Shown: positions 27,078 to 37,920, counted from the first letter of the stretch. The stretch is 64,000 nucleotides of DNA from Methylophilaceae bacterium (GCA_031422335.1 JANOQW010000013.1:47656-111655), one strand, 5' to 3'. Translations and numbers: made by a program. Notes: generated by a model from the sequence alone, not told the origin.

Positions 27078-28493
27078 ATGGCTTTTACACAGCTTGCCAA
27101 AAAATTATTGCCGGCAATGCCCAAATGGTGGGTGGCGCTTGGGCCAGGTGTGGTGTGGATGGCGCTAGCGCAAGGCAGCGGCGAGTTGATTTGGTGGCCC
27201 TATTTAATTGCCAAATATGGCCTCACATTTTTAGCGTTGCTGATCCCCGCATGTTTACTACAATATCCCATTAGCATTGAAATTGGCCGTTATACCTTGC
27301 TGACAGGTGAGAGCATTTTTCAGGGGTTTTTTCGGTTAAGTAAAAAATTCGGCATCTTTTTATGGATTTTGATGACGCTATCATTTTTATGGTTTGGCGC
27401 ATTTGCTAGTGCTGGCGGCACGGCGTTGGCCGAGCTGACACATTTTCCAAATGGCTGGGAAACCAAACAGCAAACGCTATTTTGGGGTTACGCGACGATT
27501 ATTCTGTTTGCCATCTCAGTATTTTTAAGCCGACATATTTATAAATTCATCGAAAGCTTCATGAAAATTGTCGCGCTAGTGACCGTATTTGGTTTGCTCT
27601 GGGCATGCGCTGATAGCCAAGTATTAAGCGCCTTGCCGAGCTTTTTTGCAGAACTATTTCAAGTACCAACCGCGTTGCCTAGCAATTGGGATAATACCGA
27701 TACCAGCAAATTGCTCACCGCCATTACCTTTGCTGGCTTGGGCGGGTTTTGGATTCTGTTTTACTCATACTGGTTGCGCGACAAAGGCAGTGGCATGGCG
27801 GCACACATGCCACGCATTACCGGCGTGGTTAAAACTGAGGTGGAAACAACACAAGGCTTTTTGCCTGAAGACAATGCCGAAAATGAAGCTTTATGGGCAA
27901 GCTGGCGGCGTTTTTTAACGCTAGATATTTCGATTGGTATTATTGGAAATTTGCTCACTACACTCATGATGTGCTTGTTAGCTTGGGCGCTACTTTACCC
28001 AAAAGGCTTAATTCCGCAAGAATACGAAATTGCCGTGGTGCAAGCGCAATTTTTTGAGGTGAGTTGGGGCGCATTTGGCAAAGCGCTATTTTTGATTATA
28101 GCTGCCGCGTTTTTGGCGGATACTTGGCTGGCCACATCGGATGCCGTGAGTCGCACGCAGGCAGATATTATTCACACGCTATTCCCAAAAGCACGAAAAT
28201 ACGTCATGCGGCAGTGGTATTTAGCAGTATTTGCGCTACTCACCGTGATTACGGGCTTCACCATGAGCTTAGATGCACCAGGCAGCCTGATTTTACTTAG
28301 CGCACTCATAGGTTTTGCGGGCACAGTGATGTTTCCTGTCGCATTGTATCTGCTTAATCATCGATTGCTAGCGCCCGCATTACCAAGTTGGGCGAGGCCT
28401 TCAGGCTTTAGCGCGGTATTGCTGCTGCTCAGTTTTTTGGTGTATTTAACACTGGCTACGATGTTTATCTATTTAAAGTTTTTTCATCGTTAA
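27078..28493 (+). CDS. Nramp-like divalent metal transporter
   Basis: LGPGVVWMALAQGSGELIWWP N-terminal motif, RYTLLTGESIF, about 11 TM segments. Confidence 0.75.
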   Translation: MAFTQLAKKLLPAMPKWWVALGPGVVWMALAQGSGELIWWPYLIAKYGLTFLALLIPACLLQYPISIEIGRYTLLTGESIFQGFFRLSKKFGIFLWILMTLSFLWFGAFASAGGTALAELTHFPNGWETKQQTLFWGYATIILFAISVFLSRHIYKFIESFMKIVALVTVFGLLWACADSQVLSALPSFFAELFQVPTALPSNWDNTDTSKLLTAITFAGLGGFWILFYSYWLRDKGSGMAAHMPRITGVVKTEVETTQGFLPEDNAENEALWASWRRFLTLDISIGIIGNLLTTLMMCLLAWALLYPKGLIPQEYEIAVVQAQFFEVSWGAFGKALFLIIAAAFLADTWLATSDAVSRTQADIIHTLFPKARKYVMRQWYLAVFALLTVITGFTMSLDAPGSLILLSALIGFAGTVMFPVALYLLNHRLLAPALPSWARPSGFSAVLLLLSFLVYLTLATMFIYLKFFHR

Positions 28494-28503
28494 AGTTACT
28501 TTC

Positions 28504-28905
28504 ATGGCTGAAGATAAAGACAAAGATAACAAGTGCAGATTAGATAAATGGCTGTGGGCGTCGCGCTTTTTTAAAACACGTAGCTTAGCTGCAGATGCGG
28601 TAGAGGGCGGCAAAGTGCGCGTGGACGGTGACCGCGCAAAATCTGCCAAAGAAATGAAAATCGGCATGTTGGTGAATATTCGTAATAAAGATGTTGAGAT
28701 TGAGTGCGAAGTAACAGGATTGTCAAATATACGTCGTGGCGCACCAGAGGCGGCTTTGCTATATACAGAAACCGTCGCTAGCAAGCAAAAACGCGAAACT
28801 GCTAAAGTGACGCGAGAAGCCGACCATGCACTACGTCCACGAGGCTTAGGGCGCCCAACTAAGCGCCAAGCGCGCGAGATTAAAAAATTTACTGGCATAG
28901 GCTAA
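28504..28905 (+). CDS. hslR: Ribosome-associated heat shock protein Hsp15 (S4 domain)
   Basis: RLDKWLWASRFFKTRSLA, GRPTKR. Confidence 0.93.
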   Translation: MAEDKDKDNKCRLDKWLWASRFFKTRSLAADAVEGGKVRVDGDRAKSAKEMKIGMLVNIRNKDVEIECEVTGLSNIRRGAPEAALLYTETVASKQKRETAKVTREADHALRPRGLGRPTKRQAREIKKFTGIG

Positions 28906-28943
28906 TAATTACTTGCATTAAGCTTGTAAAGCTTGCTAAACTG

Positions 28944-28960
28944 CGTTCAATGATTGAACG
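28944..28960. promoter_or_regulatory. Operator-like palindrome upstream of the MarR-EPS regulator
   Basis: CGTTCAA-TGA-TTGAACG, perfect 7-bp arms ending 34 nt before the ATG. Confidence 0.55.
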
Positions 28961-28994
28961 GTGCTATTATTAAGCGAAAATTAATTTTAAATAC

Positions 28995-29366
28995 ATGCTC
29001 ACTGACGAATATAGCTACAAAATTTTAAAAATACTTGAAGCTAATCCAGAAATTAGCCAACGAGATTTAGCGCGCGAGCTGGATATTAGCTTGGGGCGCG
29101 TCAATTTTTGTTTAAAAGCCTTAATCCAAAAAGGCTTGCTTAAAACCACAAACTTTAGAAACAGCCAAAATAAGCTTGCTTACATGTACTTGCTTACTCC
29201 CAGCGGCATAGAAGAAAAATCTGTTATTACTGCCCAATTTTTAAAAATAAAGATGCAAGAATATGCCGATTTAGAAGCAGAAATCGAGCAGTTGCGTCGC
29301 GAAGCTTTGCAAACCAATAAACAGCAATTAAACCTAGGCTTAACAAAGCAAGGGGTGCGGCTATGA
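28995..29366 (+). CDS. MarR family EPS-associated transcriptional regulator
   Basis: NPEISQRDLARELDISLGRVNFCLKALIQKGL...NSQNKLAYMYLLTPSGIEEK, first gene of a glycan locus. Confidence 0.9.
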   Translation: MLTDEYSYKILKILEANPEISQRDLARELDISLGRVNFCLKALIQKGLLKTTNFRNSQNKLAYMYLLTPSGIEEKSVITAQFLKIKMQEYADLEAEIEQLRREALQTNKQQLNLGLTKQGVRL

Positions 29367-30784
29367 TTCAAGTACAGGTGAATCGCTACGCAATCATTCT
29401 TTGCGGTGGTTCTGGCACCCGTTTATGGCCACTATCGCGCACACTTAGGCCAAAACAATTACTAGCACTTAATGGTGAACAAACCTTGTTGCAGCAAACA
29501 GCCAGTCGTTTGCTGCAACATGTTGATACGGCTAATTTATTTACGGTTACGCACGAAGATCATAAATTTGAAGTCAAAGGCCAGTTAACTGAAATAGCAC
29601 AAGATGCATTAGCAAACGTGCTGGCAGAACCCTGCGCGCGAAACACCTTACCCGCCATTGCGTGGGCAGTGAGCAAAATTTATCAGCAAGATCCTAATGC
29701 CATTATCGGCGTATTTGCCTCAGACCATGCAATTGATAATAATCAAGCGTTTTTAGATGCTTGGCAAACAGCCGAACTGGCAGCGCAAGACGATTATTTG
29801 GTTCTGCTCGGCATTAAACCGCATGAGCCTGCGACTGGTTATGGTTATATAAAACCAAGTCAAAAACTATCATACAGTGGCGCTTTACCAGTGCATCAAG
29901 TCGCTCAGTTTGTAGAAAAACCAAATGTTGAAAAAGCCACACAGTTTGTACGCGATGGTTACTTGTGGAACAGCGGCATGTTTGTGTTTAAAGCCAGCGC
30001 ATTCATGGGTATGTTGCAGCAGTTCCAGCCTGAAATGGCTAAGCAGATAAGCAGCATGACGGAAGAAAGCTTCACCGAGACCTATGCAAATTTTCCTAAT
30101 TTATCTATCGACTATGGTTTAGCTGAAAAAGTGGATAAAGTGGCTGTCGTACCGGTAGATATGGCTTGGAGCGACCTCGGAAGTTGGGATTCAATTTATC
30201 AACGGCATCAAAAAGATGCTGACAACAACGTAATGCATGGCGAAGTATTTGCACAAGACACGACAAACAGTCTTTTATGGAGCCAAACCAGCCTACTAGC
30301 CACAGCAGGCTTAGATAATATTGTGGTGATTCAAACTGCTGATGCTACCTTGATTTGCAATAGAAGCCATACCGAAGAAATTAAAACCTTAGTTGCAAGG
30401 GTAAAAGCACATAAACCAGAATTGACCGAAATTCACCGAACTGTGTATCGTCCATGGGGCAGCTACACCGTGCTTGAGGAAAGTGCTAACTTTAAAATCA
30501 AGCGTATTGTGGTCAGCTCAGGTGCAAAACTCTCAATGCAAATGCACAAGCATCGCTCTGAGCACTGGGTGGTGGTCTCAGGTGAAGCGACCGTTACAAA
30601 TGGCGATATGGAGTTTACATTACAGGCCAACCAATCAACATATATTCCCAAAACACATCGCCATCGCTTAGCCAATAATGGCGCGGAGCCACTTGCGATT
30701 ATCGAAGTGCAGTGTGGTGATTATGTGGGTGAGGACGATATTATTCGGTTTGATGATACATATGGAAGAATAGTAGCCAAATGA
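29363..30784 (+). CDS. manC: Mannose-1-phosphate guanylyltransferase / mannose-6-phosphate isomerase
   Basis: [31 protein letters not shown], cupin RPWG...HKHRSEHW. Confidence 0.95.
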   Translation: MIQVQVNRYAIILCGGSGTRLWPLSRTLRPKQLLALNGEQTLLQQTASRLLQHVDTANLFTVTHEDHKFEVKGQLTEIAQDALANVLAEPCARNTLPAIAWAVSKIYQQDPNAIIGVFASDHAIDNNQAFLDAWQTAELAAQDDYLVLLGIKPHEPATGYGYIKPSQKLSYSGALPVHQVAQFVEKPNVEKATQFVRDGYLWNSGMFVFKASAFMGMLQQFQPEMAKQISSMTEESFTETYANFPNLSIDYGLAEKVDKVAVVPVDMAWSDLGSWDSIYQRHQKDADNNVMHGEVFAQDTTNSLLWSQTSLLATAGLDNIVVIQTADATLICNRSHTEEIKTLVARVKAHKPELTEIHRTVYRPWGSYTVLEESANFKIKRIVVSSGAKLSMQMHKHRSEHWVVVSGEATVTNGDMEFTLQANQSTYIPKTHRHRLANNGAEPLAIIEVQCGDYVGEDDIIRFDDTYGRIVAK

Positions 30785-31554
30785 AAGCAGTGATTCTTGC
30801 AGGCGGTTTAGGTACGCGCATTTCAGAAGAAACGCATCTTAAACCCAAGCCAATGATTGAAATCGGTGGTAAGCCCATACTGTGGCACATCATGAAGCTC
30901 TATTCCGCACATGGCATCAACGACTTTGTTGTTTGCTGTGGGTACAAGGGCTACATCATCAAAGAGTACTTCGCTAATTATTTTTTACATATGTCAGATG
31001 TCACGTTTGATATGGTCAATAATGAAATGCAGGTGCATCAGCGTAAGGCAGAGCCATGGCGAGTAACTTTGGTAGATACGGGTGAAGAAACACTGACAGG
31101 CGGTCGTTTAAAACGCGTGGCAGATTACGTAAAAGATGAAGAAGCTTTTTGCTTTACCTATGGTGATGGTGTTGCCGATGTGAATATAGCTTCACTCGTT
31201 GCTTTCCATCAGGCACATGGAAAATTGGCTACCGTTACTGCTGTGCAACCACCGGGTCGCTATGGCGCGCTTAATATGGATGAAAGCTCGGTTAAAGGCT
31301 TTACCGAGAAACCAAAAGGTGACGGAGGATGGATCAATGGTGGTTTTTTTGTGCTCTCGCCAGAATGTTTGAAATATATAGATGGCGATCAATCTAGTTG
31401 GGAAGGCGAGCCACTAGCAAAGTTAGCCTTAGATGACCAACTTAAGGCATTTGAGCATGCTGGCTTCTGGCAGCCGATGGATACCTTGCGTGAAAAGAAT
31501 CAATTAGAAGATTTATGGCAAAGTGGGAAAGCGCCTTGGAAAGTCTGGAAATAA
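30781..31554 (+). CDS. rfbF: Glucose-1-phosphate cytidylyltransferase
   Basis: [54 protein letters not shown]. Confidence 0.96.
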   Translation: MKAVILAGGLGTRISEETHLKPKPMIEIGGKPILWHIMKLYSAHGINDFVVCCGYKGYIIKEYFANYFLHMSDVTFDMVNNEMQVHQRKAEPWRVTLVDTGEETLTGGRLKRVADYVKDEEAFCFTYGDGVADVNIASLVAFHQAHGKLATVTAVQPPGRYGALNMDESSVKGFTEKPKGDGGWINGGFFVLSPECLKYIDGDQSSWEGEPLAKLALDDQLKAFEHAGFWQPMDTLREKNQLEDLWQSGKAPWKVWK

Positions 31555-32612
31555 TGTCTGATTTCTGGCAAGGGAAAAAAGTTTTTGTCACTGGACACAC
31601 TGGCTTTAAAGGCGGCTGGCTGTCATTATGGCTAAAAGGTCTGGGTGCAGAAGTTTATGGTTACGCTTTGAACCCACCAACGACTCCTAATTTTTTTACT
31701 GAGGCTAATGTTTCTGCAAGCCTAGCTGCGCATACGATTGCCGACATTCGCGATGCTGCATCGCTAGAAAAAGCGATGATCTCAGTACAGCCAGATATCG
31801 TTTTGCACCTTGCTGCACAGCCACTGGTGAGATATTCCTACGTTGACCCAGTAGAAACTTATACGACAAACGTGATAGGCACGGTAAATTTGTTTGAGGC
31901 TGTACGTAAAACATTTTCAGTGCGTGCAGTGGTTAATGTGACCACGGATAAATGCTACGAAAACCGAGAGTGGGCTCGGCCATACAGCGAAGATGACGCA
32001 ATGGGTGGTTACGATCCATATTCGAGCAGCAAAGGCTGTTCTGAGTTGGTAACCTCAGCTTACAGGCGCTCATTTTTGGCTGAGGCAGGCGTTGCTGTTG
32101 CTAGCGCTAGGGCAGGTAATGTGATTGGCGGCGGTGATTGGGCAGAAGACCGTTTAATCCCCGATTTTTTACGTGCGATTGATAAAAAGCAAACGCTGAA
32201 TGTACGTTCGCCTAGTGCGATACGCCCATGGCAACACGTGCTAGAGCCACTTGCAGGATATTTACTACTTGCTGAAAACTTGTTCACGCATGGCCAGCAA
32301 TATGCAGAGGCTTGGAATTTTGGTCCATCAGATGAAGATGCCCGCACCGTGGCATGGATAGTGGATAAGTTAACGACAAGCGTGCCTAATGCCAATTGGC
32401 AAACCGACCAACATCCGCAACCGCATGAGGCGACCTACCTAAAGCTTGATAGTAGCAAAGCTCGCGCACAGCTTGGCTGGCAACCGCGTTGGAACTTAGA
32501 AACTGCATTAGAAAAAATTATGGATTGGCATCAACATTGGCATAATAGTGGTGATATGCATCAGTTTAGCTTACAGCAGATTGATGAATACCAGAGAGCA
32601 GTTAAGGCTTAA
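31554..32612 (+). CDS. rfbG: CDP-glucose 4,6-dehydratase
   Basis: FWQGKKVFVTGHTGFKGGWL, AAQPLVR, TTDKCYEN, DPYSSSKGC, RPWQHVLEPL. ATG 31554 overlaps the rfbF stop. Confidence 0.96.
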   Translation: MSDFWQGKKVFVTGHTGFKGGWLSLWLKGLGAEVYGYALNPPTTPNFFTEANVSASLAAHTIADIRDAASLEKAMISVQPDIVLHLAAQPLVRYSYVDPVETYTTNVIGTVNLFEAVRKTFSVRAVVNVTTDKCYENREWARPYSEDDAMGGYDPYSSSKGCSELVTSAYRRSFLAEAGVAVASARAGNVIGGGDWAEDRLIPDFLRAIDKKQTLNVRSPSAIRPWQHVLEPLAGYLLLAENLFTHGQQYAEAWNFGPSDEDARTVAWIVDKLTTSVPNANWQTDQHPQPHEATYLKLDSSKARAQLGWQPRWNLETALEKIMDWHQHWHNSGDMHQFSLQQIDEYQRAVKA

Positions 32613-33176
32613 GTGATGACAAGATTCGATTGTATTGATACGTCACTCTTGGGGCTAAAAGTAGTGCAGCGCAAACCTATTGAAGACAGTCGTGGTTTTT
32701 TAAGTCGTTTTTTTTGTGTGACTGAATTTAATGCTTATGGATTTAATAAACCAATAAGCCAAATAAACCAGACACTTACCCGCCAAAAAGGCGCAGTCAG
32801 GGGCCTGCATTATCAGCAACCACCGCATGCTGAAATTAAGTTAGTAAGCTGCCTTAGAGGTGAAGTGTTTGATGTGGCGGTAGATTTACGTAAAAATTCG
32901 CCAACTTTTTTGCGATGGCATGGTGAAGTACTGAGTGAAAATAATCAACGTAGCCTATTAATACCAGAAGGTTTTGCACATGGCTTTCAAACGCTCACAG
33001 AAGATTGCGAGTTGATTTACTTGCATTCCGCCCCTTACGTAAAAGATGCTGAAGCTGCGTTGAACGTGACAGACCCAAAAATTGGCATCGTATGGCCTTT
33101 AAATATTACCGAACTCTCTGAAAGAGATCGTTTGCATTCCATGATTACACTGGATTTTGAAGGAATTGTTGTATGA
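32613..33176 (+). CDS. rfbC: NDP-4-keto-6-deoxyhexose 3,5-epimerase (RmlC/RfbC family)
   Basis: DSRGFLSR, VRGLHYQ, FDVAVDLR, IPEGFAHGFQTL. Confidence 0.88.
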   Translation: MMTRFDCIDTSLLGLKVVQRKPIEDSRGFLSRFFCVTEFNAYGFNKPISQINQTLTRQKGAVRGLHYQQPPHAEIKLVSCLRGEVFDVAVDLRKNSPTFLRWHGEVLSENNQRSLLIPEGFAHGFQTLTEDCELIYLHSAPYVKDAEAALNVTDPKIGIVWPLNITELSERDRLHSMITLDFEGIVV

Positions 33177-34414
33177 AATGCCGTCATTGTGGCAATCCAC
33201 TGCACTTGCCATTGATTGATTTGGGGAGTGCACCACCATCAAATGCTTACCTGACTGAAAAAACACTTAAAGCACCAGAAAAATGGTTTCCACTTAAAGT
33301 GTTGGTTTGCAACCAATGTTGGCTAGTACAGACAGAGGACTATGCAGGTGCAGAAGAACTATTTGATGCGGATTATGCTTACTTCAGTTCGTTTTCAAGC
33401 TCTTGGTTAAAGCATGCAGAGCAGTATGTTGCTGATATGGTAAATCGGTTTAATTTGACTGAAAAATCACATGTGGTAGAAATAGCAGCTAACGATGGTT
33501 ATCTATTGCAGTATGTTAAAGCAAAAGGTATCCCATGCTTAGGCATCGAGCCAACAGCAAGCACTGCATTGGCTGCCAGAGAAAAAGGCATAGAAATTGT
33601 TGAAGAGTTTTTTGGTGTTGCATTTGCAAAAAAACTAGTTGCACAAGGCAAGCAAGCAGATTTAACTGCCGCAAATAATGTGCTTGCCCATGTGCCAGAT
33701 ATTAATGATTTTGTTGCGGGATTTGCGCATTTACTAAAACCGAATGGCGTTGCAACTTTTGAGTTTCCGCATTTGATGCAATTAATCAAACATTCTCAAT
33801 TTGACACTGTTTATCATGAACATTTTTCTTACTTATCATTAACAGCAGTAAACCAAATATTTAACCAAAATGGCTTGCAAGTATTTGATGTGCAAGAAAT
33901 TAGTACACATGGTGGCAGCTTGCGAGTATTTGCTCAGCGAAAAGATCAAGGTCAGCATAAAATCACTGCTGCAGTAGATGCTCTTTTAGCAACAGAGCTA
34001 GCAGCTGGTATAAAGATAGAAGCCTATTATGCAGATTTACAACAGCGCGCAAATATTATTAAGCAGGATTTAATTGCATTTTTAATTGAAGCCAAACGTG
34101 AAGGTAAAAAAGTGATTGGCTACGGTGCTGCGGCCAAAGGCAATACCTTGTTAAATTATGCAGGTGTGCGTTCAGATTTATTATCGACAGTGGTAGACCT
34201 TAATCCTGCAAAGCAGAATAAATACTTGCCGGGTAGCCGCATCCCCATTGTCGATGAGTCAGTCATACGTCAACAAAAACCAGATTATGTGTTGATTTTG
34301 CCGTGGAATTTGCGGCACGAAGTGACAGAGCAGCTTAAGTATATATGCGAGTGGGGTGGTGAGTTTGTGACTGCGGTTCCTCAATTGACTATAGGGAACC
34401 ACAATCATGATTAA
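33173..34414 (+). CDS. NDP-hexose C-methyltransferase (C3-methyltransferase family)
   Basis: N-terminal Zn motif MKCRHC...CNQCWLVQ, EIAANDGYLL, ANNVLAHVP, YHEHFSY, GYGAAAKGNTLLN. Confidence 0.88.
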   Translation: MKCRHCGNPLHLPLIDLGSAPPSNAYLTEKTLKAPEKWFPLKVLVCNQCWLVQTEDYAGAEELFDADYAYFSSFSSSWLKHAEQYVADMVNRFNLTEKSHVVEIAANDGYLLQYVKAKGIPCLGIEPTASTALAAREKGIEIVEEFFGVAFAKKLVAQGKQADLTAANNVLAHVPDINDFVAGFAHLLKPNGVATFEFPHLMQLIKHSQFDTVYHEHFSYLSLTAVNQIFNQNGLQVFDVQEISTHGGSLRVFAQRKDQGQHKITAAVDALLATELAAGIKIEAYYADLQQRANIIKQDLIAFLIEAKREGKKVIGYGAAAKGNTLLNYAGVRSDLLSTVVDLNPAKQNKYLPGSRIPIVDESVIRQQKPDYVLILPWNLRHEVTEQLKYICEWGGEFVTAVPQLTIGNHNHD

Positions 34415-34895
34415 TTTGCATCCCACTGCCAAGATTTCAAATCATGCAGACATTGAAGATTCTGTCAGAGGAAGCAAAATAGTAATCGGGGCACATTCGG
34501 TTATAGATAGTTTTGTTAAAGTTAAACCAGCAGGTGGTTTAGGTGATCTAGTTATAGGAGAGTACTCCACTATTAATTCTGGCTGTGTATTTTACACAGG
34601 TAATGGAATTAGCATTGGCAATCATGTTGCGATTGCAGCTAACTGTAGTTTAGCGCCTGTGAATCATGAGTATGAAAAGAAAGATGTCTTAATCAAAAAT
34701 CAAGGATTTCGTGCAAGTAAGGGCGGTATTGTGATTGAAGACGATGTTTGGATTGGTGCTAATTGCGTACTTTTAGATGGGGCAATACTTCGTCAAGGTT
34801 GTGTGATTGGTGCGGGCTCTATCGTTCGTGGAGAGGTTGAGGCATATTCGATCAATGTGGGAATACCACTTGCTGTGATTGGCTGGCGCAAGTGA
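34407..34895 (+). CDS. Hexapeptide-repeat O-acyltransferase
   Basis: IEDDVWIGANCVLLDG..L..GCVIGAGSIV left-handed beta-helix repeats. Confidence 0.85.
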   Translation: MINLHPTAKISNHADIEDSVRGSKIVIGAHSVIDSFVKVKPAGGLGDLVIGEYSTINSGCVFYTGNGISIGNHVAIAANCSLAPVNHEYEKKDVLIKNQGFRASKGGIVIEDDVWIGANCVLLDGAILRQGCVIGAGSIVRGEVEAYSINVGIPLAVIGWRK

Positions 34896-35707
34896 AATTT
34901 ACTGTATTAGGGGCAACTGGATTTATTGGTAGAAATTTAGTTGAGTTTTTGCGTGCACAAAACTCAGTTGTAAATGCCCCAGATCATCACAAACTTGATT
35001 GGTTAAAGCAGCTTTTATCTGATGATTTAGGACATGTATTTTATTGCGTAGGATTAACCGCAAACTTTAGAAAACGCCCTTTTGACACAGTGGGCGCTCA
35101 TGTCTGCTTACTTAGACAATTACTTGAACATGGGCGTATGGAGTCTTTGATTTACCTTTCTAGTACTCGCGTTTATGAAAATGCAGTTGCAACAGCTGAA
35201 ACCACAATGCTACAAGGTATACCCACGAATCCTGGCCACCTCTATAATTTCAGCAAACTAATGGGCGAAAGCCTTTGCCTTGCTAGTAATCACAAAACAA
35301 GAATTGTCAGGTTATCGAATGTTTATGGCCCAGATATTAACTCACAGAATTTTTTAACTTCTGTGCTGGGTGAGGCTGCAAAAAATGGCAGTATTCAATT
35401 CTTAACATCACCAACATCATCAAAAGATTACATATCTATAAAAGAAGTTATCAGATTTTTACCTCTTATCGCAATTGATGGGACGCATTCAATTTATAAC
35501 TTAGCTACCGGTCAGAATACAAGCAATGCGGATATTGCCCACATCTTAGAGCGTGAAGGAATTAGAACTAGTTTTAATCAAGATACAACCGACTGGGGTT
35601 TTCCAGAAATTGATATCAGTAGGCTAAAAGCAGAATTTGGGTCAATCAACAATACATTAGAAGCAGATTTACCAACATTACTTAATTACTATCGTCTTAA
35701 GGCATAA
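34892..35707 (+). CDS. NAD-dependent epimerase/reductase (extended SDR)
   Basis: GATGFIG, YLSSTRVY, YNFSK (YxxxK), RLSNVYGP. Confidence 0.85.
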   Translation: MKFTVLGATGFIGRNLVEFLRAQNSVVNAPDHHKLDWLKQLLSDDLGHVFYCVGLTANFRKRPFDTVGAHVCLLRQLLEHGRMESLIYLSSTRVYENAVATAETTMLQGIPTNPGHLYNFSKLMGESLCLASNHKTRIVRLSNVYGPDINSQNFLTSVLGEAAKNGSIQFLTSPTSSKDYISIKEVIRFLPLIAIDGTHSIYNLATGQNTSNADIAHILEREGIRTSFNQDTTDWGFPEIDISRLKAEFGSINNTLEADLPTLLNYYRLKA

Positions 35708-35709
35708 AA

Positions 35710-36492
35710 ATGGATAAATTTATTAAAGAGTTTGAAACAGAAAGAACAGCAAGAGTCGAAAGCTTTGGTCAGGATGCTGGGTTTAAGAATCGTTCAAGAG
35801 ATTGGATAGAGGAAAGCATGCGTAAATCGTATGTTTATAATTTTTCTTGGTTGGGAAGACCTATTATTCAATTTCCTCAAGACATGGTTGCAATGCAAGA
35901 GCTAATCTGGGAAGTTAAACCTGATTTGATTATAGAAACAGGTATTGCACATGGTGGATCATTGATTATGAGTGCCTCTTTATTGGCAATGTTGGATTAT
36001 GCCGACGCAATAGAAACTGGCGAACTTATTGACCCAAGCAAGCCTAAACGCCGTGTTTTAGGGATTGATATCGATATTCGTGAGCATAACCGTGAAGCGA
36101 TTGAGCAACATCCCATGTCAAATCGAATTGATATGATTCAAGGGTCATCCATAGCGGATGATATTATTGACAAGGTCCATGCATATGCTAAAAACTATAA
36201 GCGCGTATTAGTCAGCTTAGATTCTAACCACACGCATGAGCACGTGCTTGCTGAACTGAAAGCCTACGCGCCTTTGACTTCAAAAGGCAGTTATTGTGTG
36301 GTTTTTGATAGTTTTGTTGAAGACGTGCCCGCCGATGTTTTTAGTAATAGACCATGGGGGCCTGGCAATAATCCTAAAACGGCAGTATGGGAATACTTAA
36401 AAACACATCCAGAGTTTGAGATTGATAAAAGTATTCAAAATAAGCTACTTATTACTGTTGCACCAGATGGCTATCTAAAAAGAATTTCTTAA
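35710..36492 (+). CDS. CmcI (cephalosporin hydroxylase / rhamnosyl O-methyltransferase) family protein
   Basis: YNFSWLGRPIIQFPQD, IIETGIAHGGS, LDSNHTHEHVLAEL, GNNPKTAV. Confidence 0.88.
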   Translation: MDKFIKEFETERTARVESFGQDAGFKNRSRDWIEESMRKSYVYNFSWLGRPIIQFPQDMVAMQELIWEVKPDLIIETGIAHGGSLIMSASLLAMLDYADAIETGELIDPSKPKRRVLGIDIDIREHNREAIEQHPMSNRIDMIQGSSIADDIIDKVHAYAKNYKRVLVSLDSNHTHEHVLAELKAYAPLTSKGSYCVVFDSFVEDVPADVFSNRPWGPGNNPKTAVWEYLKTHPEFEIDKSIQNKLLITVAPDGYLKRIS

Positions 36493-36522
36493 AGTTAAGA
36501 TAATTGTTGAGCAATCATTCAA

Positions 36523-37920
36523 TTGCTAAAACGCAATATCATTTCTAATTTTTTAGGCAACGGCTATGTCGTTATCTTGCAGTTTGCTTTAGTCCCCTTG
36601 TTATTAAAATACTTGGGAGCTGAGGCCTATGGTTTGATTGGTATTTATATCACGCTTTTAGCAGCGCTTAATATGCTGGATATGGGCTTGTCACCAGCTT
36701 TATCAAGAGAGCTGGCGAAGCTATCGGTGTTGCCAAATTCGGTATCTCTTATGCGTAGCACGGTTACGACGCTTGAGTGCATCTATGTTGTAATAGCATT
36801 ATTCATTGTGCTAATTTTTTACTTTTTTGCCCCAGTGATTGCCGAGTATTGGCTGAATAACAATAGACTGCCAACAGAGACTATTAGCACTTGTTTGCGG
36901 TTAATGGGGGCTCAATGTGCTTTACAATTTCTAACCAATTACTATACGAACGGTTTAATTGGTTTGCAGCGTACGGTAAGGGCAAATGGTGTGCTTGCCC
37001 TTAATCATACTTTACGTGCAGGGGCAGGTTTATTTGTGCTAATAGCAATGTCTGCTGATATAGAAGTTTATTTTACGGGTCAATTGATATTCACCTTTGT
37101 AGGCTTGCTGATGACTGCATTGGCGCTTTATTCAGCTTTACCACATACAAACATTACCAGCGTATTAACGCATAACAGATTGCAAAAACTCAAGCTAAGA
37201 TTTAGTTTAGAGAGATTTAATGCCTCTAAACACTTTGCTGCTGGTATGGCTGTTACCAGTGCGTGTACATTTTTTATCATGCAAACAGATAAAATCATAC
37301 TTAGCAAACTGGTCACTTTAGAGCAATTCGGCTACTACACAGTAGCTATTAATATAGCAGTTACCATAGCTGGTGCTGCAGGGCTAATCTCAAAGTCAGT
37401 GTTGCCGCAGATGATACAGCAGGCTGCTATAAATGATTCTGAAGGTATTAAAGCGCTTTATCTTAAAGCCTCTGCATTGGTTGCATGGTTGATTTTGCCG
37501 ATTGCAGGATTGCTTATTGCATTTAACTATCAATTTTTAACAATTTATTTGGGTAATGCCGAGAGAGTCATGTCTATTGCACCCATATTTATATTGTTAA
37601 TGTTTGGCTATGCTATACATAGCCTAATGTATATTCCTTATGCATTAAGCTTGGCCTATGGTTGGACCCGCTATGGCATTAATACATCAATTGTTGCTAT
37701 TTTGGTAATGACTCCAATTACAATTTTCGCAACATTAAAGTATGGCTTGATTGGGGCGGCAAGTTCATGGGTGCTTCTCAGTATGGGATATTTATGTTTT
37801 TCGTTGCGATATTTACATAAAAAAATTCATAAAGATCTTATGCTAAAGTTTTATAAAAAAATTAGCTGGCAATTGTTAATTTTAGTTTTATGTTTCTTGA
37901 GTACTTTTTTAATTCAATAA
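36523..37920 (+). CDS. wzx: Oligosaccharide flippase (Wzx)
   Basis: LGAEAYGLIG, LDMGLS, TDKIILSKLVTLEQFGYY, many TM helices. TTG start. Confidence 0.85.
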   Translation: MLKRNIISNFLGNGYVVILQFALVPLLLKYLGAEAYGLIGIYITLLAALNMLDMGLSPALSRELAKLSVLPNSVSLMRSTVTTLECIYVVIALFIVLIFYFFAPVIAEYWLNNNRLPTETISTCLRLMGAQCALQFLTNYYTNGLIGLQRTVRANGVLALNHTLRAGAGLFVLIAMSADIEVYFTGQLIFTFVGLLMTALALYSALPHTNITSVLTHNRLQKLKLRFSLERFNASKHFAAGMAVTSACTFFIMQTDKIILSKLVTLEQFGYYTVAINIAVTIAGAAGLISKSVLPQMIQQAAINDSEGIKALYLKASALVAWLILPIAGLLIAFNYQFLTIYLGNAERVMSIAPIFILLMFGYAIHSLMYIPYALSLAYGWTRYGINTSIVAILVMTPITIFATLKYGLIGAASSWVLLSMGYLCFSLRYLHKKIHKDLMLKFYKKISWQLLILVLCFLSTFLIQ

